Source: the human T2T-CHM13v2.0 reference genome, Homo sapiens. From it: 64,000 nucleotides of DNA. This document shows positions 48,207 to 61,276 of this stretch, in pieces (positions within the stretch are counted from its first letter, which is position 1; each line of letters starts with the position of its first letter). The stretch lies in assembly GCF_009914755.1 (NCBI RefSeq), contig NC_060932.1. One strand, given 5' to 3'. The notes beneath the pieces are model-generated. The model had not been told where the DNA came from and made no database searches. It saw nothing but the letters and a program-made list of their open reading frames with translations. The position numbers and the translations under genes were made by a program.

Positions 48207-49224
48207 TTACAAATTGGTATGTTTTTGTGGTGGCTGTTACCATTTTTTCCTTTCCATATTTAGTGCTTCCTTCAGGAGCTCTTGTAAGGCAGACCTGGTG
48301 GTGGCAAAACCTCTCAGCATTTGTTTGTCTGTAAAGGATTCTATTTCTCCTTCACTTATGAAGCTTAGTTTGGCTGGATATGTAATTCTGGGTTGAAAAT
48401 TCTTTTCTTTAAGAGTGTTGAATATTGGCCCCCAATCTCTTCTGGCTTGTAGGGTTTCTGCAGAGAATTCCTCTGTTAGTCTTGGACTTTCTTGAAGAAA
48501 TGGGCTTCTCTTTGTGGGCAACTTGACCTTTCTCTCTGGCTGCCCTTAACATTTTTTCCTTTATTTCAACCTTGGTGAATCTGACGATTGTGTGTCTTGG
48601 GGTTGCTCTTCTTGAGGATTATCTTTATGGTGTTCTCTGTATTTCCTGAATTTGAATGTTGGCCTCTCTTGCCAGGTTGGGGAAGTTCTCCTGGATAATA
48701 TCCTGAAGAGTGTTTTCCAACTTGGTTCCATTCTCCCCGTGACTTTCAGGTACACTAATCAAATGTAAGTTTGGTCTTTTCACGTAGTCCCATATTTCTT
48801 AGGGGCTTTGTTTGTTCCTTTTCATTCTTTTTTCTCTAATCTCGTCTTCATGCTTTATTTCATTAAGTTGATCTTCAGTCTCTGATAGTCTTTCTTCTGC
48901 CTGATCTATTCAGCTGTCGATACTTGTGTATGCTTCGCAAAGTTCTCATGCAGTGTTTTTCAGCTCCATCAGGTCTTTATGTTCTTCTGTAAAGTGGTTA
49001 TTCTAGTAAGCAATTCCTCTAACCTTTTTTCAAGTTTCTTACCTTCTTTGCATTGGGAGGAGCTTGTTATTACCCACCTTCTGAAGCCTAATTCTGTCAA
49101 TTCATCAAACTCATTCTCCATCCAGTTTTGTTCCCTTGCTGGTGAGGAGTTTGTGATCCTTTGGAGAAGAAGAGGTGTTCTGGTTTTTGGAATTTTCAGG
49201 CTTTTTGCACTGATTTATCCTCAT
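48207..49224 (-). pseudogene. Disrupted L1 ORF1
   Basis: SAETLQARRDWGPIFNTLKEKNFQPRITYPAKLSF fragment; ATG at 49224. Confidence 0.9.
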
Positions 49225-49406
49225 CTGTGTGGATTTATCTACCTTTGGTCTTTGATACTGGTGACCTTTGGATGGGGTTTTTGTGTGGATGTCCTTTTTG
49301 TTGATATTGATGCTATTCCTTTCTGTTTGTTAGTTTTCCTTCTAACAGGCCTCTCTACTGCAGGTCTGCAGGAGTTTGCTGGAGGTCCACTCGAGACCCT
49401 GTTTGT

Positions 49407-49497
49407 GTCTACGGCCATACCACCCTGAATGCGCCCGATCTCGTCTGATCTCAGAAGCTAAGCAGGGTCGGGCCTGGTTATACTTGGATGGGAGACC
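49407..49497 (+). pseudogene. 3'-truncated, tailless 5S rRNA retropseudogene (nt 1-92)
   Basis: GTCTACGGCCATACCACCCTGAA...TTGGATGGGAGACC; 2 CpG transitions and 1 deletion vs human 5S; 13-bp TSD GAGACCCTGTTTG. Confidence 0.97.
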
Positions 49498-51363
49498 CTG
49501 TTTGCCTGGGTATCACCAGCAGAGGCTGCAGAACAGCAAAGATTGTTGCCTGTTCCTTCCTCTGAAAACTTTGTCCCAGAGGGACACCTGCCAGATGCCA
49601 GCTGGAGCTCTCTTGTGTGAGGTGTCTGTCAACCCCTGCTGGGAGGTTTCTCCCAGTCGAGAGGGATGGGGATCAGGGAGCCACTTGAGGAGGCAGTCTG
49701 TCCCTTAGCAGAACTTGAGCACTGTGCTAGGAGTTCTGCTGCTCTCTTCAGAGCCGGCAGGAAGGAATGTTTAAGTCTGCTGAAGCTGCACCCCCAGCTG
49801 CCCCTTCCCCCGGGTGCTCTGTTCCAGGGAGATGGGAGTTTTATCTATAAACCCCTGCCTGGAGCTGCTGCCTTTCTTTCAGAGATGCCCTGCCCAGAGA
49901 GGAGGAATCTAGAGAGGCAATCTGACTACAGCATCTTTGCTGAGCTGTGGTAGGCTCTGCCAAGTACGAACTTCTTGGTGCTTTATTTACACTGTGAGGG
50001 GAAAACTGCCTACTGAAGCCTCAGTAATGGTGGACACCCCTCCCCTAACCAAGCTAGAGTGTCCCAGGTGGACTTCAGACTGCTATGCTGGCAGCGAGAA
50101 TTTCAAGCCAGTGGATCTTAGCTTGCTGGGCTCCATGTGGGTGGGATCCGCTGAGCTAGATCACTTGGCTCCCTGACTCCAGCCCCCTTTCCAGGGGAGT
50201 GAACAGTTCTGTCTCACTGGCATTCCAGGTGCCACTGGTATGAAAAAAAACTCCTGCAGCTAGCTTGGTGTCTGCCCATATGGTAACCAGTTTTGTGCTT
50301 CAAGCCATATTTCTTTTATTGGAAAATATAGAACTTTTCCTTCTCACATTCAACTTCTTGAGAGGATCTCTTTGATAATGTGTTCATGTACACAGTTCAC
50401 ATCAAATATATATAACATGTGGATCAAAGTGTTAAGATATTCTTCTTTACATATAGTGTTAGTAGCTGACGATTTTTTTTCTTCAAAAATAAATTTGGAA
50501 ACTTGTCAGTCCATAATTTTTTTAAGTATTATTTTACTATCTCATGAAATCTGAAAGGCTAGAATACACTAGATAACTCTTGATTTCCACTCCTACCCTG
50601 CCATGAAGTGATAATTCACATCTGGCTATAACTTCATAAAAGGGGCAGGACGACCCACTTCCTAAAAGACCACTATTGACTTGAAGACCTGTGTCTCTTG
50701 TCTCACTTCTAAAAGTGATTTAAAACTCAATAACTCACTCTGAAATCCACTGTATAAGAAATAGTAATGTTTAGGGTCATTTAAAAGAAAGATTAGTTTA
50801 ATAAATTTTGGCACCCTGTTTAACATATAAAACCATGACCATGTGTTAAGTATAACCATATTTTGTGCAGAATGTGATTCAAAAGACTGATTTAATAGCT
50901 ATAGTCCAAGAAGTGTTGAAAACTCTTGCCCAGTTTATGGTTTCCAATATAGGACACATATCAACAGAATAAGAAACTCAAGAATTAAACTGATGACTGT
51001 GTCGACCTCTGGAGGAACTCTTTTTTAAGACACAAAGCCAAATTTTCACCTTCATTTATGCACACTCATCTCCTGAAGGCTTCCTTATGCATTTACGTGT
51101 GAAGGAAGGAGAGGATTTGACTCAGTCTCTTTGTCTGTCATCTTTCTTCCTCTCTCATTCTGAAATAGCTTTTCACAGTTGAGGAAAAAATAAAGATTTG
51201 ACCTTCCCACAGTGAATGATAACAATGATAACAGCTGATCTTTATATAGTGTTTATTATATGACAGAGATCATTTCATGCACTTTGCTTCTAAGAACTCA
51301 TTTATTCCTTACAACACTGTAAGTACTGTTATCCCCATTGCACAGACAAGAAAAATGAGCTTC

Positions 51364-51742
51364 TGTATTAGTCCATTTTCACACTGCTATAAAGAACTTC
51401 CTAAGACTGGGTAATGTATAGAGGAAAGAGGTTTAATTGACTCACAGTTCTGCATGGCTAGGGAGGCCTCAGGAAACGTACAGTTATGTGGAAGAGGAAG
51501 CAGGCATATCTTACATGGTGGCAGGTGAGAGAGAGAGAGAGTGTGTGAAGGAGGAACTGTCAAACACTTATAAAACCATCAGATCTCGTGAGAACTCACT
51601 CACTATCACAAGGTTTTTTGCACAGACAAAACCACCCCCATGATCCAATCACCTCCCACTAGGTCCCTCTCTCCACACATGGGGATTATGGGGATTACAA
51701 TTCGAGATGAGATTTGGATGTGGGCACAGCCAAAACATATCA
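51364..51742 (-). mobile_element. THE1D/MSTA MaLR LTR inserted in a MIR
   Basis: TGTATTAGTCCATTTTCACACTGCTATAAAG...GGGGATTATGGGGATTACAATTCGAGATGAGATTTGG...ATATCA. Confidence 0.92.
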
Positions 51743-52104
51743 GGTACAAACAAATAGTGGAGTTAAAAATCAAACATGGACCATCTGCCTCTGTAGTCCA
51801 GGCCCTTAACCACTACATTATATAACCTCTTGAGAGAGGAAAACTTAGATTGGGCAATATTAGCATCCAATTGCCAGTGCAAAAGGAAATGGAAGTCAGC
51901 ACACCAGCTTATTACTTACCCGAGATCAATAAGAGACCTGCAAATACTTGACTCCGGGTTATAGACTTGGTAAATCCAAATGATTTCTCTCATGAATCCG
52001 AATCCCTGCCAGTAATGCAGATATTCTAACTTGAGACTTACCTTCCAGACTGAAAATGCCAAATGAGAAAAACCAAGTAAGTTTGAGTTTCTGCAGTTAC
52101 AAAG

Positions 52105-52503
52105 TGCTATGGTTTGAATGTCCCTATCAAAACTCAGGTTGAAATAAAATTGCCATTGTAATGGTATTAGGAGATGGGGCCTTTAACAGGCGATTAGGCC
52201 ATGAGGGCTCTGCCTTCATAAATACATTAATGTCATTATTGCAGGAGTGGGTTAGTTATCACAGGAGTGGGTTAGTTATTGTGGGAGAGGGTTCCTGATA
52301 AAAGCATAAATTTCACCCCCGTCCACTCCATCTTCAGTGCTCACTTCATCCTTCCACCTTCTGCCATGGGATCACCATCCCCAGATGCCAGCATGATGTT
52401 CTTGGACTTCCCAGCCCCAGAACCATGAGCCAAATAACTTCTCTTCTTTATAAATTGCCCAGTTGATGGTATTCTGTTATAGCAGCAGAAAACAGACAAG
52501 ACA
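52105..52503 (+). mobile_element. MSTB/MSTC MaLR LTR
   Basis: TGCTATGGTTTGAATGTCCC...GGTATTCTGTTATAGCAGCAGAAAACAGACAAGACA; TSD CAAAG/TAAAG. Confidence 0.9.
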
Positions 52504-53944
52504 TAAAGGAAGACACATAATTACCCTCCCCCAACAGTTCATGTTACCCCTCAACATTGTTTTAGTCAGTGCAAGACTACCAAAGTATAGGTGTCTGAAC
52601 ATCAGGGAAATGTAAATAGAGAAGGTAAATGAATTCAACCTTCCTTTTCCCTATACTCTCATTTCTGTCAAATATAAAAACCTGTGGGTTTTACCCTTGT
52701 TCCAGTTTACATAATCACATTCCAAATTACTTATGTGGACTTTTATGAGGGCTTTTTTTCTTTACACCTCTCTCCTTTTCTCATCAGCCTCTGCAATCAG
52801 CTTTATACAAGAGTTATATTTCATTCATTTCATTTTCTTTTCTTTCTATTTCACAAGTTCTGGGACTTGGCTGTCAACCGAATCTTGAACTTGGTAATTA
52901 AATTGTTCATAAGCTCCAAACATGTTGTAACTCATGTCATATTCATGTACACTTCTCTGCCCCAACTTGATAAAATGAGTGATACTGGGACACCATTGTC
53001 ATACACACCTCCAAACCTGGGTGTGTCCACTTCAAATGCCTGAACTTGCTCAAATAGAAATGGGATTACTAAAACAACTATATATCCTCACCATGCTGGT
53101 TTTAGTAGGAAAGATGCATCAAGGATAAAGCTCTCCAGTGAAAAGCATGGGGCTGAAAGAAGGAAGTCTCTCTGAGGCAGAAGTCCTTTGGAAAAACTGA
53201 AGATGACGTCCTAGATAATTTTGAAGTCTTATGTAGCAACAGAAGTTTATGTCATTAATTTAGCAAATAGTCATAGACAAAACATGCAACTTTAGAGCAA
53301 GTGCCAGGCTGTGCCAATAATTCCACCCTTCACCTCCACATGGGGTCAGTCCATAGAACAAAATACCAAAGGCCTTAGTGCTCAGGTCTTTTGCTCCTGA
53401 CATTCTCCCTTCATCCTTTCCCTATCCCCACTTATCCTTTTTTAATGCACTATAGATGAGTATGTCTTAATTTCTTAAGTTAATTTGCATTGGCATTAAG
53501 CACCTACTTTATTTATTTCCTTTCTCAACAACTCTCAGACTTTGATTCTTCATGTCCTTCCAGGGCCCTGCCCCATGCCTTCTGCTAAATGCTAAAGTCA
53601 TGCAACAGTTTAGTACTGCGTAGAGTAGGATGGCTAGCAAAAGGAAATCTCTCAAAGGAGCTTCATGCTCTCTGTGACTCAGGGTAGCAGTATATGGCCT
53701 TCGGCACCCACTGTGGGCTGGGCTATGGCAGACTTTGCTTGCCCTCATTGCTCTCTTTGCTTTCCTTGATCTTGCCCCTGTCTGTCTTCATTTTCTCCCT
53801 TCTCACTTTCTTCCCTATTGTTACTTACAGTTTAAGTTATGGAAGAAAAACACTTAATGCTTATTGGCCACTGGAGGATACACCTCATAACTTGGAAAAT
53901 GAAAATAAACACTTTAATAGTTTTGTACTTGATATGATGACTCT

Positions 53945-54210
53945 TTTAAACAAAACACTTTTTATCTAGGCATGACCTTAGATTTATGGGAAAAGAAAGT
54001 TGCAAAGATAGTACAGAGAGTTCCTGTATACCTGTCTTCTAGCTTATGCTAATGTGGAAAACTTACATAAGTGTGGCACAGTTGTCCAAAAAATAAATTC
54101 ACATTGGTATAATTCTATTCACTCAAATTCAGACTTTACTCATATTTCATCAGTTTTTTCATTATTATCCTTTTTCTTTTCCCAGATCTAATTCAGAATA
54201 ACACGTGTGT
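53945..54210 (-). mobile_element. L1MC-like 3'UTR fragment
   Basis: AGTTGCAAAGATAGTACAGAGAGTTCCTGTATACC. Confidence 0.65.
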
Positions 54211-54265
54211 TACTACATGATGATTTAAAATGTTTACAAAAACAAGACCTCTACCTATGCTCCTA

Positions 54266-54267
<2 letters not shown>

Positions 54268-54306
<39 letters not shown>

Positions 54307-54314
54307 GTGTGTGT
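54268..54314 (+). repeat. (TG)n microsatellite
   Basis: About 17 perfect units. Confidence 0.97.
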
Positions 54315-57300
54315 ATATCTTTATTTAATAATAAAACTAGAAGGGCAATGAATTCGAAACGGAGGCTTTTCTTACTAGCCTTTTTAAGATAGACATTGCT
54401 GACACATGGACAGGGATTGAATTAGTACAAATATTAAATATCATTAAGCCTTCTTTTTTGAGTTCTGTCTGCACATCAACTTCACCTGAAGAATGTTTGT
54501 AAAATACACATGCTTGTTCCCCACCCAAAATCTATTGAATCAGAATCTCTAGGGAGTGAGGACCAACAGTTGTGCTTTTAACACCTCCACTCCCCCCTTG
54601 TATTGGACGGTAAAGGCCAGAAAAGATTACCTTAGGCATTCTCATTTCAGAAGCTAAAACAGACATTCAATTTTCTATACCCTAATTTGGGACTTATATC
54701 TGAGTGTTAATATATGCATGTAATACTTTGTGATGAATGTTAAATGTGTTTTAATAGTGTTCCCTTGCAGAATATTCTTTCCTTTGCCGGTATTATTAAG
54801 ACTATCTTGCATTGGGATTCATGCCCCCAGGCTTACAGTTCTCTGAGCTATACTTGCATACACTGTCCTCAGTGAACCTGGGCTTTGGATCCAGATCGCC
54901 TTGAATTCAAACCCTAGATCTGCCACTTAAAGACTCAAGAAACTTACATAACCTTTTTGTAATTGTTCTCTATCTATAATAAATGAAAAGTATTACTAAT
55001 TATTACTTACATGCAAGATTGTTGTGAGCGTAAACCACATGATGTGTGGAAGGTTTGGGGCACAGCATTCTTTACCAATTCAGGGTAACCCTGAAAACTT
55101 AGGAAAAAGAGAGGATTCATATAAATCACAAATTTTGCAAATGCATTTTAAATCCTCTCTTTGTTCCAGCTCCTTGTACAGACAGGACTGCTTGCTACTA
55201 AGAATTTCCAACACAACCTCCAATTAAATAGTTCTTTGATGTATAGTGGGTACAGAAGAAGTCCAACTTATTTGCATTTGCAGAATCAGGAGACCCCCCC
55301 AAAAAATGCTGGAGGTGTGAAAGCAAGAATCAGAATTTGTCAGGATTCTCCGTAAAGTACTAGCGGTTTTGTAGATGCTTTGCAGCTGTGGAACTATAAA
55401 CACTCAACCGCAGACACCTCATTTTATATCTCTTCTATGTGGTATATTTCCCTTGTGAAAATGTGTATTTTTAAAATTCACTCTGCAAAATGACAGTCAA
55501 TGTTATCAAATATACATTTATATGCCCTTGATTGTAAAACCCACTACAAAGTTTATTACCTTAAGTTTAATAGAAAACAATTTTGGAAAATGGGAAAAAA
55601 ATATATCTGTCACAGGGAAGTGGTTAGAGGTTCTAACAGAGGAGATTTCTTGTTAGAATAATTTGTTGTATTTTGGTTATACATTTTTTGTTTTTCTTTC
55701 GAATGTTGAAAAAGTTAAGAATATATTAATACATGGACAGGTTAGAAAATCGGTAAATAATAGGTTGGTCAAATCCTGCAGATGACAAATCATGAGAGTT
55801 TGCCAAGCTAAGGGGCCCTGGCCACTCATACCATCCCTTTATCTAACTCTTCCTCCTCATCCAGTCCCATAATAAAAAATATTAAGCTTGCACGTGGTAC
55901 CTTCTCTTCTAGGCTACTTGTTAATGGGTCCTCTTAATTGGCTATGTATAAAATAAGATTCCCATGGGCAGAAATCTTTATCTGATCTGTTCATGGACAT
56001 ATCCAAGTGTCAACTAGATTTTGGCACACAGTAGATGTTTGGTAAATATGTATTGAATGAATGACAGACACTGTGCTCCACATTGTAAACACATCATATC
56101 ATTTAATCATTATAACATCCCTATGCTATCCCCTATGTGCTATTATTAGCTCCATGGTACAGACAATAATCAGGATAGATCAGGAAACTAACCAAGGTTA
56201 CACGGACAGTACCTAGATGGCAGGAGGCCCCAAAGCATGTGTACTAAGCATTATGGCACACTGCCTTCCTGTCTGGCATTCTTGGGACATGCATGTGTGA
56301 GCGATAAGGTAAGTCCAGGAAAGCGTGGGGCACTGGGAGAATGTAGAAGTAGGGATGATGGAATTTCATTTCCACAGTGAGAGCCCCCCATCCTGCTCCC
56401 ATTGTCAGACCCGCACTTTTTGTTATCTCTTTTCCTTCTGTCTTGCTACGTTTGCTTTGTCTTCTTCCTCGATAGTTTCCCAAAGACTTTAAACGACTAA
56501 CTATCAAAGAAGAGAATATATGTGAAGTCACTAGTTACTTTTCTGCTCAATTAGCTATATATAGATTAACTTTTTAAAAAAATATTTTCCCCATACACCC
56601 ACTCACATAACTGTGAAGCTTAGGAAAAATTTCAAGATTATCGTGGGTGGGCCCCATATAAATCCCCACACTGTCAATTCTCCCAGCAGCTGTTTCTTAA
56701 TTCGTCATCAGTGTAGAAATCTAAATCAGCACTCAGTGAAATCTAAAAGTCCAAAAGATTTATTTCAAATTTCAAACCTCCTCCCTAATGTTCTGAGGCT
56801 GTGTCAACACAGGTAGAGAGACGGGGAGAGCTGAGGGTATTTAAGAATCACATAATGTGAGAAACTGAGGAGACCCTAGGGATCTTTTAGCCCTACCCCC
56901 TCATTTACACATAAGGAAATGGGATCTGAGGCCAACAGCAAACTTGCCTGCCTGCTATCTGGGAAGTTCTATTAATAACACACTGTCATGGGGGAAAAAA
57001 TTCATACAGGTAATAAAGGTTTGTTATTTTCAAAGATTAACATTCTTTATTAATTACCACTTTTTTGAAACTGACACAGCCACAAAAAACTCCTGTATAA
57101 GAAGAATTTGTCTAATAAATTGTATGATTGTTTATTGGGTATCTGTTTATTTTCTTAATTTTTAATTGTCTGTCAATCCTTCTTGATTTAAAGTAGTCAC
57201 ATAAATATATAAATGTAAAGAGTTAATATAACTAATTGAATTCATTTGAGGGAAAAAAATTAAATTTTCTTTTTAAAAAAAGAAAGAAAACATTAAAGAC

Positions 57301-57969
57301 AGAGGTAACATTAGCACAAAAAAATGTGTATAATCAAAGTCTAGAGGGAGGCCTAAATGTAAATCAAGCTTTCTAGTAAGCAAAAACAAAAGAGAAAACC
57401 TGGTTAACTCCAAGGTTCAGAATTGCTGTGATATGCAGACAAACCAGCTGTGAAGACACTGCACAACAGTCTATGATAAAAAGACGGGAGGGACATTTCT
57501 TGTTTGTATAGCAAAGGTCTACAATTTGCAATGCACTGTGGTAAAACAGAAACCATAAGCTGAATGCTTTTGTCACTGAACTTATATTTTAGTTAGAAAA
57601 GACATAAGAAACTAATTGTGGCATTTAACTTATAATTTAGTTAGAAAAGACTAAAAAAGCTAACTGTGGCATGAATGAGAAAGAAATTACTGCTCTATTA
57701 GTGGTTCCAATACTGTGAGGCCACAGGAAAAAAAAAAAGGATTCTGAAAGATACGGTTTGGAAAGACTTCGTGGAGGAAGTGGCATATCAACAGGGACTT
57801 GAAGGCTGCCTAGATATGCAAAGAAAAAGTTCAACGGAAATACAGGATGAAAGAATTGGGTGGTCAAAGGAACAAACCCACTTGCTGATAGATTGTCAAA
57901 AAGTATAGTGTCTGCACTACTATGTGACGATGACATTTTTTTTCCCTTTGTCATCTAAAATTGCTATCA

Positions 57970-58275
<306 letters not shown>

Positions 58276-58369
58276 ATATTGCTGTCAGTAAAGACTGACT
58301 AGTCTGTGTGATATTTATCATAGCTATATTTCATAACTCCAGTGACCTTTTTAAATAAAAAGTAAGGTC

Positions 58370-58987
<618 letters not shown>

Positions 58988-59667
58988 TCCATTAAAAATG
59001 TTTTACCATAAAGGAAACATTTTATCTCTTCTGTGTCAGTCTGTGACCTTTTGGGTGGAATCTGAACAATGTGTAAATGATAGTTTCCCAACAGTGTGCG
59101 CTGATGTGTAGGAGTAGAAAATGATCCTTTGGTTTTCATATAAAAACTTTCTTATGAAACATGAAGCTAACAACCAAGAAGATTAATCCCACCAGTGAGA
59201 CACAAGGAATGCTTAATTTTGGAAGTGAAGCTACTTCCTCATCCCTGAGGCAGCACATACACTTTTTCAATAATCCTTTATTTAACAAGATCCAAGAATA
59301 TTAATATCTAACAGCTTAGCCTAAATTTCTTGAAAGGACCAAGCCCATTGTGTTGTCTCCTGACTTGATTTTCCCAAACTGTCATGGATTTTCTATCTAA
59401 GGAAGATGAGTTCCTTAGTTCTGGGAAAACACCATTGAGGAAGGATGCTTCAGAAGAGGAAGGGATGTCAGCCAGGGCAGATAAAATTAGCAAGAAATAT
59501 TAAGATTAAGTGCTATCTAAGAGGTACAAAAAATAATAGTGTTTCACCTCAATAGAATCTTATTGTTAAAAATACAGTGTATCTACAGTTCTGAAGATTA
59601 TCAAAACACAATATTCTAGCCCCAAAACAGGAAAAGAATAATGATTCTTAAGAAAAAATTCTTTCTG

Positions 59668-60240
<573 letters not shown>

Positions 60241-60785
60241 CTATTCTTTGGAAAAGTGTGCCATTTAATTCCACTGAAGATAAGGCAGTTGGCACAAGTC
60301 AACTTTTCCCCCTGGCTTAGATGTAGTTGTGCCTTTCAAAATGAGCTCTCTCATTTGCCAAATACAAAGAAGAGAATAGTGTTTTCTCAGAGGACCACAG
60401 GATATCAAACATAATTAAAAATAAAAGTAAGATTCCCTTTGAATCTAGAAGAAAACTCACCCAAATTTCTTGTACCAAATGAAGGTATACTGCAGATTTT
60501 ATCACAGTCATTACCATGAGCAGTCAATAATTCCCTGAATCCCTGTTGGACAGAATTACATCAGGTACATGTGTTGTGATGTTTTCTGTTTTGAGTTCTG
60601 TTTGTTTTTTATTTATTGGTAATTCAGATAATCTCAGTTTCAGGAATTTGTTTTCTTCTCTCCTAAAATGGAGCTGATGTTCATCTCTTCCTTATGTTAT
60701 ACCTATATTTATGCACCAATTTCATAGAAAACCATCGTGCATTTTCCCATGGAATTTTGGGTGACAGTTTAAGATCAGCGTTTAC

Positions 60786-61276
60786 TATAATGGGCAGACT
60801 TAAAATGGTCCCCGTGATCCCTGACTCCTGAAGTTCACTCCCTTGTATGCTTCCCCCTCTTTGAATGTCAGCGGACCTTTAACCTAGAGAATACAGCAGA
60901 GTTGGCCAGATATATGTGATTCCATGGTTATCTTATGTAAGATTGGAGTGCATGTCTTGCTAGAGTCTTTTACTTCCTTATTGACTTTGAGGCACCAAGG
61001 GGCCATATTGGGGAACCCCACATGGCAGCCTCCAACTGAGCCACCAAAGAAGTGAATTCTGCCAACAATCTGAAGGAGCCTGAAAGCACAGCCTTCCCTG
61101 GTTGAGCCTCAAATGAGACTGCAGCCCTAGCCAGTACTTTGATTACAGCTTTATGAGATCCTAAGTAAAGAAACAAGCATAACTGAGTCAGGATTCCTAA
61201 GCCACATAACCCGTGAGATAATAAATGTGTGTTTTAAGTGGCTGTATTTGTTATACAGAAATAAAAAATGAACATA
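60786..61276 (+). mobile_element. MLT1E/F MaLR LTR
   Basis: AAATGGTCCCCGTGATCCC...GAATTCTGCCAACAA...GAGATAATAAATGTGTGTTTTAAG. Confidence 0.82.

Noticed and set aside
49407-49497. Functional 5S rRNA gene
   Set aside because: Lacks nt 93-121 and the terminator, has a TSD and is not in a 5S array
49376-49708. 110-aa ORF running through the 5S insert
   Set aside because: Non-ATG start; chance read-through of L1 antisense plus 5S sequence
56303-56314. Perfect + strand donor AAG|GTAAGT
   Set aside because: No matching acceptor or promoter seen; isolated matches are expected by chance
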